DNA from: an uncultured Chloroflexia bacterium | Lineage (GTDB): Bacteria > Chloroflexota > Dormibacteria > Aeolococcales > Aeolococcaceae | NCBI GenBank assembly: GCA_963841385.1 | Contig: CAWJCO010000003.1 | Span: 264,712-328,711, forward strand | Length of the DNA stretch: 64,000 nucleotides | Reading direction: 5' to 3' | Shown here: positions 47,543-56,606 of the stretch, piece after piece | How the letters are laid out: each line of letters begins with the position of its first letter | Numbering within the stretch: the stretch's first letter is position 1 | Notes under the pieces: model-generated | The model's input: only the letters and a program-made list of their open reading frames with translations | What the model was told of the DNA's origin: nothing | Databases searched by the model: none | Made by a program: the position numbers and the translations under genes

Positions 47543-48922
47543 ATGGCCGTCACCGTCGACGAGATCGTCACAGTCAACCCCGCCACCGAGGCCGAGCTCC
47601 ACCGCTATCCGGTGATGTCGGAAGCGGAGGTCGGCGCCGTGCTGGACTCGGTCCGGGCCAGCTCCCCCGCCTGGCGCGGGGTGCCCATCCGGCACCGCGC
47701 CGAGCTGATGCACGCCGCCGCCGGGGTGCTCCGCCGCCGTGTCGACGAGCTCGCCGGCCTGATCACCGCCGAGATGGGCAAGGCTCTGGCCGAGGCCCGG
47801 GCCGAGGTCGAGAAGTGCGCCGGCTGCTTCGACCACTTCGGCGACCACGCCGAGGAGTACCTGGCCGACCAGGATGCACCGTCGGATGGATCCCGGAGCT
47901 TCGTGGCCTTCGAACCGCTGGGCACCGTGCTCGCGATCATGCCCTGGAACTTCCCCTTCTGGCAGGTGACGCGCTTCGCCGCGCCCGCCCTGATGGCGGG
48001 CAACACCGGCGTGCTCAAGCACGCCAGCAACACCACCGGCTGCGCCCTGGCGATCGAGTCCGTGTTCCGCGAGGCCGGCTTCCCGGATTCGGTCTTCCGC
48101 ACCCTGGTGATCCCGGGGCGCAGGGTGGCCCCGGTGATCGAGGACCCGCGGGTCGCCGCCATCACCCTCACCGGCAGCGACGACACCGGCGCTCAGGCCG
48201 CCGCCGTGGCTGGTCGCTGCCTCAAGAAGTCGGTGCTGGAGCTGGGCGGGTCGGATGCCTTCGTGGTCCTGGAGGACGCCGACCTCGAGGCCGCCGCGCG
48301 GGTCGGGGTCAGGGCGCGCTTCCAGAACTGTGGGCAGAGCTGCATCGCCGCCAAGCGGTTCATCGTGGTGGAGAAGGTCGCCGACGGCTTCGAGGAGGCC
48401 TTCGTCGCCGAGGCCCGACGACTTCGGGTCGGCGATCCCACCGAGCCTGCGACCCAGATGGGCCCGCTGGCCCGCGACGACCTCCGCCAGGATCTGGAGC
48501 GCCAGCTCCGGCAATCGCTGGACGCGGGGGCCCGCCTGCTCACCGGTGGGCGGTGTCTCGACCGCAAGGGTTGGTTCTTCGAGCCCACCGTGCTGGCCGG
48601 CTGCGCTCCGGGGATGCCCGCCTTCGACGAGGAGACCTTCGGACCGCTGGCGTCGGTGACGCGAGTCGCCGGCGAGGACCAGGCCCGCGACCTCGCCAAC
48701 CACTCCAGCTTCGGCCTGGGCGGCAACGTCTGGACCGGGGACCTGGAGCGCGGGGTTCGGTTTGCCCGCAGCCTGGAGACCGGAGGCGTCTTCGTCAACG
48801 GGATGACCCACTCGGATTCCCGGCTTCCCTTCGGCGGGGTGAAGCGCAGCGGCTATGGCCGCGAGCTGCACGCCTTCGGTATTCGCGAGTTCGTCAACAT
48901 CAAGACGATCTGGGTGGGCTAG
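47543..48922 (+). CDS. gabD: NAD(P)-dependent succinate-semialdehyde dehydrogenase
   Basis: MPWNFPFWQV, ELGGSDA, and the catalytic Cys in FQNCGQSCIAAKR. Confidence 0.8.
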   Translation: MAVTVDEIVTVNPATEAELHRYPVMSEAEVGAVLDSVRASSPAWRGVPIRHRAELMHAAAGVLRRRVDELAGLITAEMGKALAEARAEVEKCAGCFDHFGDHAEEYLADQDAPSDGSRSFVAFEPLGTVLAIMPWNFPFWQVTRFAAPALMAGNTGVLKHASNTTGCALAIESVFREAGFPDSVFRTLVIPGRRVAPVIEDPRVAAITLTGSDDTGAQAAAVAGRCLKKSVLELGGSDAFVVLEDADLEAAARVGVRARFQNCGQSCIAAKRFIVVEKVADGFEEAFVAEARRLRVGDPTEPATQMGPLARDDLRQDLERQLRQSLDAGARLLTGGRCLDRKGWFFEPTVLAGCAPGMPAFDEETFGPLASVTRVAGEDQARDLANHSSFGLGGNVWTGDLERGVRFARSLETGGVFVNGMTHSDSRLPFGGVKRSGYGRELHAFGIREFVNIKTIWVG

Positions 48923-49017
48923 GGTCCGCCCGCCGAGCGCGGCCGATCGAGCGTTTCGAGCTCGCCGGGACCGTCAACAGCCAGCCCGGGCATGTGCGGT
49001 CGGACGAGCCGAAGCGG

Positions 49018-49584
49018 CTATCCGACCGGCTCGGGCCCCTCGCCCGGTCGCGCCGGGCTCACGTCGGGATCGGGCGGCATGACGAACCCCACCTCCAATG
49101 CATCCGCCAGCCCCCTGAGCCGGGCGAAGAAGCCCGCGGTGTGATACGAGCGCGGCAGCCGCAGGCCGTGGAAGTCGTAGTGGTGGAGCCATTCGTGGAG
49201 CAGGGTGTTGAGGAAGACCTTGGACGAGATCACCTGCTGCTTCACGGCGGTGCGGTGGTAGATGCGGATGCGCGCCCAGGTCACACCGCCCTGCGCGTCG
49301 ACGCGGTAGGTGTAGTAGCCGTAGGTCTTGGACTGCAGGCGGCGGCCGTCGTGGCGGTGGACCTGCGGCCGGTCGGGGACCACCACCTGGCAGGGGGGGA
49401 GGCCCGCCTCCCGGCTCAGCTCGTCCACCAGCAGCTGGGCGACACGCTGGCGTTCGGCGGAGTCGTCACCCGCGTCCAGCACCCGGAGGGTGAGGCCCCG
49501 CGCGATCGGCGTGGGGCGCACCGGCACGCCGGTGGCCCGCTGGCTGCGTCGGTAGCTGGCCTCGGAGGACCACCTGGCGAACAT
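49018..49584 (-). CDS. Putative zinc metallopeptidase with HExxH motif (SprT/WLM-like)
   Basis: 188 aa with LLHEWLHHYDFHG (HExxH plus a downstream His). The family assignment is tentative. Confidence 0.45.
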   Translation of the reverse strand: MFARWSSEASYRRSQRATGVPVRPTPIARGLTLRVLDAGDDSAERQRVAQLLVDELSREAGLPPCQVVVPDRPQVHRHDGRRLQSKTYGYYTYRVDAQGGVTWARIRIYHRTAVKQQVISSKVFLNTLLHEWLHHYDFHGLRLPRSYHTAGFFARLRGLADALEVGFVMPPDPDVSPARPGEGPEPVG

Positions 49585-49626
49585 CCGTCCGCAGTATAAG
49601 ACCTGGGACTAGACTGAGAAGCCCGC

Positions 49627-49711
49627 GCCGGGTTGGCGGAATCGGTAGACGCAGCGGTCCTAAACACCGCGGGGGCGATGCCCCGTCCGGGTTCGATCCC
49701 CGGGCCCGGCA
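49627..49711 (+). tRNA. tRNA-Leu (anticodon UAA), class II with long variable arm; CCA not encoded; unusual C at position 33
   Basis: GCCGGGT TG GCGG AATCGGTAGA CGC A GCGGT CCTAAAC ACCGC GGGGGCGATGCCCCGT CCGGG TTCGATC CCCGG GCCCGGC A. The architecture parallels E. coli tRNA-Leu, with discriminator A73. Confidence 0.8.
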
Positions 49712-49946
49712 CGGCAGCGGTGACGGGAGGGGGCTGAGCGAGCAGCCGCGAGCTTCTCGCTCCAGGTGCCGGCCGGCGCGTACACGGTCACCGGGAGGAC
49801 CCCGCTGTACCAGAGCGGAGCGGTGAGCTGCGAATCGCGTCGGAAGACGCCGCCGCGGCGGTTATCAGCGGGGCCGAGATCAGCACCCACCCGCGTGACG
49901 CTTCGCCCGGCCGGCCCGGGGGTACATTGCAGACGGGCGGACATCG

Positions 49947-51056
49947 ATGAAGGGACCGTCTCTTCTCCGGGGGACAGGTGTGTTCGATCGGCTCGGGGCG
50001 CTGGTCGCGCGCGGGATGGACGCGGGGGTGCGCTGGCAGCTGGCGCGTCTCCCCATCGAGCTGCCCGTGCCCGAGAGCTGGACGCCGGCCGACCCGCAGG
50101 AGTTCTGGGCGGCGAGCCGCGTCCATGACCCCGCGCCGATCACCGCCGGGCCGGTGCAGCACCGGCGCCGCGGTGGGGTGGAGGTGCGCACCCTCACCGG
50201 CCCCAGCCAGGGGCCCGGTGGCGACCCGGGCAGCCGGCACCTGGCGGCCACGGCACTGCTGCGGCCCGACCGGCGCGACCTCCCCTTCGTCCTCGTCGTC
50301 CACGGTCTCCTGGCGCCGGGCCCCTGGTACGAGGAGCGGCGCTGCCGCGCCCTGGTCGCGGAGGGCGCCCAGGCCGCCCGCATCGACCTGCCCCTGCACC
50401 TGCGCCGCCACAGGCCCGGCCGCAGGAGCGGAGAGGGCTTCATCCAGGCGGACCTGGCCTGGACGCGCGAGATCGTCCGCCAGTCGGTGGAGGACTGCGC
50501 GGCGGTGCTCGCCTGGGCTCGGCGCGAGGTCAGCGACCGGGTCGAGGTCTGCGGCACCTCGCTGGGTGGGCTGATCGCCGTGCTGCTCGCGGCCCACCTG
50601 GAGCTCGACGCGGTGGTCGCGCTCGCCCCGTTCTGCGACCCTGCCGCGACGATCATCGAGCACCTGCCGGATCGCACCCGCCGGGCGCTCGGACTGGAAG
50701 GGGAGAGCGGGGGAGTGTGGGGCCCCGATCGCGAAGCCGCCCGGGTGGTGGTGAGGGCGGCGCTCGCCCCCATCGTGGGCCGCACCTTCCGCCCCCCGAT
50801 GACCCCCGGAGAGCGGATCGCGATCGTCCGGCCGACCCTCGACGGGGTGGTCGGCGACGCCCCCATGGCCGAGCTGGCGGAGGCGTGGGGCGCCGAGCTG
50901 TGGAGCTACCCGCAGGGCCACGTCTCCGTGCTCAACGCCCCGGGGCTGAACGCCCGGGTCAACGACTGGTTGGTGACCCCGCATGCGGGGGTCGCCGGGA
51001 CTGACGGTCGCGGAAGCCTGGCGGGGGCGCCCCGGACGACCTGGGCCGCCACCTGA
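49947..51056 (+). CDS. Alpha/beta hydrolase fold protein
   Basis: Nucleophile elbow VCGTSLGG (GxSxG) and an HG-type oxyanion region LVVHGLL. Start is uncertain. Confidence 0.6.
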   Translation: MKGPSLLRGTGVFDRLGALVARGMDAGVRWQLARLPIELPVPESWTPADPQEFWAASRVHDPAPITAGPVQHRRRGGVEVRTLTGPSQGPGGDPGSRHLAATALLRPDRRDLPFVLVVHGLLAPGPWYEERRCRALVAEGAQAARIDLPLHLRRHRPGRRSGEGFIQADLAWTREIVRQSVEDCAAVLAWARREVSDRVEVCGTSLGGLIAVLLAAHLELDAVVALAPFCDPAATIIEHLPDRTRRALGLEGESGGVWGPDREAARVVVRAALAPIVGRTFRPPMTPGERIAIVRPTLDGVVGDAPMAELAEAWGAELWSYPQGHVSVLNAPGLNARVNDWLVTPHAGVAGTDGRGSLAGAPRTTWAAT

Positions 51057-51078
51057 GCGGTGCTCGCATACTGAGCCG

Positions 51079-52461
51079 ATGGCCGTCCCCGAACCGCTGT
51101 CGCCGGCGGCTCCTCCCTTCGTCCCGGGTGCGGTCCGCCGCTTCCGCTTCCTGGGGTGGGGCCTCGACCTCACCGCGGGCCGGGTGGATCTCGGTTACGC
51201 ACTCGACGGCGAGGAGCTGCACGAGCGAGTGGACCTGGGGATGGCGCTCAGCGGCCTCGGCCCGGCGCGCATCGGGGCGCTGGAGCGGGCCGTCGCCCTG
51301 CTCCACCTGGTCGCGGGGGTCAGCTACTACAAGGCGTGCTTCGCCCCCGAGATCGCCGTGGAGGCCGACCTCCCGGACCCGGACCTGGCCGGCTTCGTCC
51401 ACCACCTCTACACCCAGGGCCTCGCCGAATGCCGCTACGTCAACGATCTTCGGGGTCGCGAGATACCGCCGTTCCCCAGCGCCGCAGCCGGCTCCCCCGA
51501 AGCCGGCGGGGCCCGGCCCGCGGGCCTCGGCGACCGGCCCCTGGTCCCGGTCGGCGGGGGCAAGGACTCGATCGTGACCCTGGAGGCCGTGCGCCGCGTC
51601 GCGGACCGGCCGCTGCTCTTCAGCGTGGGGACGGCTCCCGCGGTGCAGCGCACCGTCGCAGTGGCCGGCCTGCCCCACGTATCGGTGACCCGGACCCTGG
51701 ACCCCCGGCTGCTCGAGCTGAACCGCGAGGGCGCCATCAACGGCCACGTCCCGGTGACCGCCATCGTCTCCTGCCTGGCGGTGATCGCCGCCCTGGTCCA
51801 TGGCGCCGGCCGGGTGGTGATGGCCGACGAGCGCTCGGCGTCCGCCCCCAACCTGGTCTGGGACGGGGCCGAGGTCAATCACCAGTACAGCAAGAGCTGG
51901 GACTTCGAGCGCCGCTTCGCCGCCGCGGTCGCCCGGCACGTCGCCCCCGACCTCGGCTGCTTCTCGCTGCTCCGACCGTGGTCGGAGCTGGCCATCGCCC
52001 GGCGCTTCGCGGAGCTCCCCGCCTATCACCGCGCCTTCGTCAGCTGCAACCGCGCCTTCCTGCTCGACACCGACCGCCGCACCCCCAGCTGGTGCGGCGA
52101 CTGCCCCAAGTGCCGATTCGTGGCCCTGGCCCTGGCCCCCTTCCTCGATAGGGACAGAATTGTCTCGATCATGGGATGCGACCTGCTCGGCGACGCCGCC
52201 CAGATCCCGGGCTTCGCGGCCCTGCTCGGGCTGGACGCCGACAAGCCCCTGGAGTGCGTGGGTGAGGTGGGGGAGGCGCGGGTGGCCATGCGTCTGCTCG
52301 GCGCCGCGGCCGGCTGGAGGGAGAGCGCGGTGGTGGCGGTCCTGGGCCCCGACCCGCGGGTCGCGGGCCTCCCGGACGCGGCGGTCGCCGCGGTCTTCGC
52401 GCCCTCGCCGGAGCACGCGCTCCCCGACCCCTACCGGGGCTTCGCCGATGCGCTCGAGTGA
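51079..52461 (+). CDS. PP-loop-like ATP-utilising protein; candidate MurL (UDP-MurNAc-L-Ala-L-Glu epimerase)
   Basis: 460 aa with LVPVGGGKDSIV (SGGxDS-like PP-loop) and SWCGDCPKCRF. Overlaps a MurD-family ligase gene outside any dcw cluster by 14 nt. The subtype call rests on context and my recollection of the Xanthomonas MurD2/MurL pair. Confidence 0.5.
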   Translation: MAVPEPLSPAAPPFVPGAVRRFRFLGWGLDLTAGRVDLGYALDGEELHERVDLGMALSGLGPARIGALERAVALLHLVAGVSYYKACFAPEIAVEADLPDPDLAGFVHHLYTQGLAECRYVNDLRGREIPPFPSAAAGSPEAGGARPAGLGDRPLVPVGGGKDSIVTLEAVRRVADRPLLFSVGTAPAVQRTVAVAGLPHVSVTRTLDPRLLELNREGAINGHVPVTAIVSCLAVIAALVHGAGRVVMADERSASAPNLVWDGAEVNHQYSKSWDFERRFAAAVARHVAPDLGCFSLLRPWSELAIARRFAELPAYHRAFVSCNRAFLLDTDRRTPSWCGDCPKCRFVALALAPFLDRDRIVSIMGCDLLGDAAQIPGFAALLGLDADKPLECVGEVGEARVAMRLLGAAAGWRESAVVAVLGPDPRVAGLPDAAVAAVFAPSPEHALPDPYRGFADALE

Positions 52462-53878
52462 GCTGGGCGGTCTGAGCGTCGGGCTCTGGGGCTTCGGCCG
52501 CGAGGGCCGCGCCTCGCTGGCGGTGCTCACCGCGCAGCCGACCCCTCCGCGCGAGCTGGTCATCGTCACCGACGCCCCGCCCGCGGAGGCGGAGCGGGCC
52601 GCCGCCGCGACCGTCCCCTGGTTGCACGGCGCCGAGGGGATCGAGCGGCTGTGCACCCTCGACGTGGTGGTCCGCTCGCCCGGGATCAGCCGCTATCGGG
52701 AGGACGCCGAGCGGGTCGCCGCGGCCACCCGGGTCACCACCGCGACCAACCTCTGGTTCGCCGAGCACGCCGGTGAGCCGATCATCGCCGTGACCGGCTC
52801 CAAGGGGAAGAGCACCACCAGCTCGCTGATCGACCATCTCGCCCGCGCCGCCGGGCTCCGCACGGTGCTCGCCGGCAACATCGGGGTCCCCCTGCTCGAG
52901 CACCTCCACCCGGACCCGCCGCCCGAGCTCTGGGTGCTGGAGCTCTCGAGCCACCAGACCAGCGACCTCGAGTGGTCGCCGCGCATCGGGGTCCTGCTCA
53001 ACCTCTACCGCGAGCACCTGGACTGGCACCGGAGCGAGGAGAGGTACATCGAGGACAAGCTCAACCTCTTCGCCCATCGCCGGGATGGGGTGGCGGTCCT
53101 CAACCGTGAGGACCTGGGGACCCAGGCGCGGGCGGACCGGCTGCCGGGCCGGCATGTCTGGTTCGGCGACGCGGCCGGGTACCACACCGACGGCCGCTCG
53201 ATCATCTGGCGCGCCGAGCGCCTGATCGGCGCCGACCGGCTTCAGCTCCGGGGCCGGCACAACCTGCTCAACGCCTGCGCGGCCCTCACCGCCCTCGAGG
53301 AGGCCGGGGTCGAGGTGCGCTCGCGGGTCTCCTCGCTGAGCGGCTTCCACCCCCTCCGCCACCGCCTCGAGCCGGTGGCCGAGGCCGGGGGGGTGAGCTT
53401 CGTCAACGACAGCATCGCGACCATCCCGGAGGCCGCGATCGCGGCGCTGGACGCCCTGGCGGGGCGACCGGTGGTGCTGATCGCGGGGGGATTCGACCGC
53501 GGGCAGGACCACGGCCCGCTGGTGCGCCGCTGCCGCCCGGAGCGGGGGGTCCTCGCCGTGGTCACCCTGCCTCCCAGCGGGGTCCGGCTGGCCGCCGAGC
53601 TGGCCCAGGTCGCGGGGAGCGCCCCGGTGGTCGCGGCCGCCGACCTGGACCAGGCCGTCCGCCTGGCCCTCGAGTGGAGCCGCCCGGGATCGGTGGTGCT
53701 CCTCTCCCCGGCCGCGGCCAGCTACGGTCCATTCCGCGACTTCGAGGCCCGGGGGGATGCCTTCCGCGCCGCCGTGGCGGGGTTGTGGACGGCGGCCACT
53801 GATATCCTCGTTCCCCAGATGGACGCGAGCGGAGCCCTCCGTCAGCCGGCGAACCCGAACCCGGAGGCCGGGGCGTGA
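52448..53878 (+). CDS. murD: MurD-family UDP-N-acetylmuramoyl-L-alanine--glutamate ligase (candidate L-Glu-adding MurD2)
   Basis: N-terminal Rossmann VGLWGFGREGRA, Mur ligase P-loop AVTGSKGKSTTSSL, GNIGVP, and a C-terminal DSIATIPEAA...GGFDRGQD block. Confidence 0.8.
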   Translation: MRSSELGGLSVGLWGFGREGRASLAVLTAQPTPPRELVIVTDAPPAEAERAAAATVPWLHGAEGIERLCTLDVVVRSPGISRYREDAERVAAATRVTTATNLWFAEHAGEPIIAVTGSKGKSTTSSLIDHLARAAGLRTVLAGNIGVPLLEHLHPDPPPELWVLELSSHQTSDLEWSPRIGVLLNLYREHLDWHRSEERYIEDKLNLFAHRRDGVAVLNREDLGTQARADRLPGRHVWFGDAAGYHTDGRSIIWRAERLIGADRLQLRGRHNLLNACAALTALEEAGVEVRSRVSSLSGFHPLRHRLEPVAEAGGVSFVNDSIATIPEAAIAALDALAGRPVVLIAGGFDRGQDHGPLVRRCRPERGVLAVVTLPPSGVRLAAELAQVAGSAPVVAAADLDQAVRLALEWSRPGSVVLLSPAAASYGPFRDFEARGDAFRAAVAGLWTAATDILVPQMDASGALRQPANPNPEAGA

Positions 53879-54873
53879 AGGCCGACGCCGTCAGCCCGGC
53901 GCCCAGCCAGACGCAGCTGCTCTTCGAGCCGATCCTCGACGAGCTGGCCGAGTTCGAGGATCGCCTGGATGCGGCGGTCGCGGCCGACCTCGGACCGATG
54001 GCGGAGGCGATGCGGCACATCGTGCGCGCCGGCGGGAAGCGGATCCGTCCCGCGCTGGTCATCCTCAGCTCGCGCCTCGGTGATCCGGTCATGGACCACG
54101 TCTACGACCTGGCCATGGGGATCGAGTTCATCCACACCGCCACCCTGGTGCACGACGACCTCATCGACAGGTCGCCGACCCGACGGGGGATGACCACCCT
54201 CCACGAGACCATGGGGCCGGCCCCGGCGATCATCATCGGTGACTACTACTTCGCCAAGGGCGCGAACCTCACCGCCGGCATCGGTGAGCCGGCCATCGAC
54301 GTCGCCATCAGCAACACGGTGATGACCATCTGCATGGGCGAGCTGCTCCAGATGACCAGCAAGGACGACTACTACCAGTCGCTCGCCGACTACCACCGCA
54401 AGATCGAGCGCAAGACGGCCACGCTGGTCGCCACCTGCTGCTTCTGCGGGGCGGTCGTGGGCGGCCTCGAGCCGGTCCAGCGGGCGGCCCTGCAGCGCTA
54501 CGGCCACAAGCTGGGGATGGCCTTCCAGATCGCCGACGACCTGCTCGACTACGTCGCCACCGAGGCGGAGCTTGGCAAGCCGGTCGGGGCCGACCTCCGC
54601 CAGGGAACGGTGACCCTGCCCTTCATGCTGGCCCTCCAGGACCCGGTGGTGGGCCCTGAGCTCGCCCGTGTCCTGGAGCGCCAGCCCCGGGGCGACCCGG
54701 ACTACGAGCTGGTCGTCGAGCTGGTCCGGTGCAGCGGCGCGGTCGCGGCCACCGAGAGCGCCGCCCAGGAGTTCGCCCGCGACGCTCGCGCCGAGCTGGC
54801 CGGCTTCGCCCCCTCGCCGGCCCTGCACACCCTGGAGGCCGCCTGCGACTACGTGGTCGGGCGCCGGATCTGA
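53875..54873 (+). CDS. trans-Polyprenyl diphosphate synthase (medium/long-chain, HepT/IspB-like)
   Basis: FARM LVHDDLIDRS and SARM FQIADDLLD. The GTG start overlaps the murD-family stop (GTGA, 53875-53878). Confidence 0.85.
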   Translation: MKADAVSPAPSQTQLLFEPILDELAEFEDRLDAAVAADLGPMAEAMRHIVRAGGKRIRPALVILSSRLGDPVMDHVYDLAMGIEFIHTATLVHDDLIDRSPTRRGMTTLHETMGPAPAIIIGDYYFAKGANLTAGIGEPAIDVAISNTVMTICMGELLQMTSKDDYYQSLADYHRKIERKTATLVATCCFCGAVVGGLEPVQRAALQRYGHKLGMAFQIADDLLDYVATEAELGKPVGADLRQGTVTLPFMLALQDPVVGPELARVLERQPRGDPDYELVVELVRCSGAVAATESAAQEFARDARAELAGFAPSPALHTLEAACDYVVGRRI

Positions 54874-54906
54874 GCGCGGTGGCGCTCGCCCGGCACCCGT
54901 CCCGGG

Positions 54907-55578
54907 TCAGTCCGGCGGGGCGCCCGGTGGTCGCCGGATGTGGGGTGCGCGCAGCGCACCGATGCGTTCGAGCTGCGCGCGGAAGCTGAGCAGCCAGACG
55001 GTGAGGGCGATGGTGGCGGCGACCAGGCCCCCGGCCTCGACCCCCATCCAGACCAGCCCGTCGCCGGCTCCGGCCACGGCGACGAGCGCGCTCACCCCGC
55101 TGACGGCGAGGCGGGCCAGGTCGGCGAGGGTCAGCACGGCGAGCGCCACCAGGGCCCCGCGGGCGCCCGTGTACTCGCGGCGCAGGCCGGCCCGCAGCTC
55201 CCCGGCGGTCAGCTCGCGGGGGCTGCTGCGGCCGGCGGGCGGCTCCAGGCCACCCCGGCGCAGACGCGCCCCGCTGAGGCCGAGGATGGCGGCGATCGCC
55301 CAACCCGGCCAGGCGGTGAGCGGAGACGATGCGTCCGCGAAGAGCGTTCCCATCGGGCTGAGCGCGTTCCCGGCGTTCCGGAGGTCGAGCTCGTGCTCGT
55401 GGATGGCCAGGGCGGCGAACCCCCAGCCGGCCGCGACACCGACGGCCAGCAGGCCTGCCGTCAAGCGGCCGATCCAGGGCAGGCGGTCGAGCAGGAGCAG
55501 CTCGGCCGGCAGGGCCAGGCGGCCGGGTGCGCCGGCGCTCTCGCGGTCCCGCATCGGCTCGAATTCTATTCGCGCCAC
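54907..55578 (-). CDS. Hypothetical integral membrane protein
   Basis: 223 aa with 4-5 hydrophobic helices and no motif recognised. Confidence 0.4.
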   Translation of the reverse strand: MARIEFEPMRDRESAGAPGRLALPAELLLLDRLPWIGRLTAGLLAVGVAAGWGFAALAIHEHELDLRNAGNALSPMGTLFADASSPLTAWPGWAIAAILGLSGARLRRGGLEPPAGRSSPRELTAGELRAGLRREYTGARGALVALAVLTLADLARLAVSGVSALVAVAGAGDGLVWMGVEAGGLVAATIALTVWLLSFRAQLERIGALRAPHIRRPPGAPPD

Positions 55579-55601
55579 AGCCGTGGTCGAGGGTGAGGCC
55601 G

Positions 55602-56600
55602 GTGTCCCCCCGCGCTGAGCCCGGGGACGGGTCGACGATCCGGATCCTCACCTACAACGTCCTGCTCGGCGGGGAGCGGCGCGAGGAGCGGATCGCCGGG
55701 GTCCTGGCCCGGGCCGGCGCCGACCTCATCGCCCTCCAGGAGGTCCGCGACGACGGCATGGTCGAGCGCCTGGCCGTCCGCCTCGGGATGACCTCGGTGT
55801 CCGGGGCGCCGAGCGACCGCGGCCCGCTGGGGCTCGCGGTGCTCACCCGGCTGCCGATCGCGGCCCACCGCAACCGCCGCCACCCCGGGATGCTGCGGAG
55901 CCATCTCCAGGTCACCGTCCGGCCGCGGCCGGGGGAACGCCTGTGCTTCCACGTCGTCCACCTCGCCGCCCGCTTCGGCGAGAAGGCCAAGGGCGAGGTC
56001 CGCCGGCTGCGGGAGCTGGAGGCCGTGCTCCAGGACATCGCCGGTGAGCCCCGCCTGCCCCATCTCATCCTGGGCGATTTCAACTCGCTCAGCCCCGGCG
56101 ACCACCTGGAGGCGACCCGCTTCTTCCGGCGGATGAATGAGCTGCGCCGGGCCCGGCTGCTGGTGCGCGGAGCCGACGGCTGGATGGGCCCGGCGGCCGG
56201 TGCGGAGGAGGCGCTCGACGCCCGCTGGCTGGCCCAGGGGATTGATCCGCGGCTCCAGGGCGGGGTGCCGTCGCTGCCCTGGGTGGTCGGGCCGCTGACC
56301 GGCCTGCTGCCGGAGCGCCCGGCGGTGGACCGGGTGCTCGGCCGGGCCATCGAGCGCTGGACGGTGCCGCGCCTGCTCGAGGCGGGGTACACGGACTGCT
56401 TCCGCCACCTCCATCCCCGCGCCCACGGCTACACCTGCGCCACCTGGCTCCCGGCGGCGCGCATCGATTACATCTTTGCGAGCTCCGAGGTGGTCCCCCG
56501 GGTGGCCGGCTGCGACGTGATGACCGGGCGTGGCCGCGCCGCCCGCGAGGTGGCGACCGCGTCGGACCATTTCCCGGTCACCGCCGAGCTCCGTCTCTGA
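55602..56600 (+). CDS. Endonuclease/exonuclease/phosphatase (EEP) family protein
   Basis: IRILTYNVL, LIALQEV, ILGDFNS, and the C-terminal SDHFPVTAEL. Start is uncertain (GTG 55593, GTG 55602 or 55527). Confidence 0.8.
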   Translation: MSPRAEPGDGSTIRILTYNVLLGGERREERIAGVLARAGADLIALQEVRDDGMVERLAVRLGMTSVSGAPSDRGPLGLAVLTRLPIAAHRNRRHPGMLRSHLQVTVRPRPGERLCFHVVHLAARFGEKAKGEVRRLRELEAVLQDIAGEPRLPHLILGDFNSLSPGDHLEATRFFRRMNELRRARLLVRGADGWMGPAAGAEEALDARWLAQGIDPRLQGGVPSLPWVVGPLTGLLPERPAVDRVLGRAIERWTVPRLLEAGYTDCFRHLHPRAHGYTCATWLPAARIDYIFASSEVVPRVAGCDVMTGRGRAAREVATASDHFPVTAELRL

Positions 56601-56606
56601 CCCCGG

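Noticed and set aside
49627-49711. The idea that this tRNA is an amber suppressor (loop CCUAAAC read as CUA) that could read the in-frame TAG at 33757.
   Set aside because: In a canonical 7-nt loop, positions 34-36 are UAA. The long variable arm, the D-arm (GCGG AATCGGTAGA CGC) and A73 are tRNA-Leu features. There is no evidence for a shifted anticodon.
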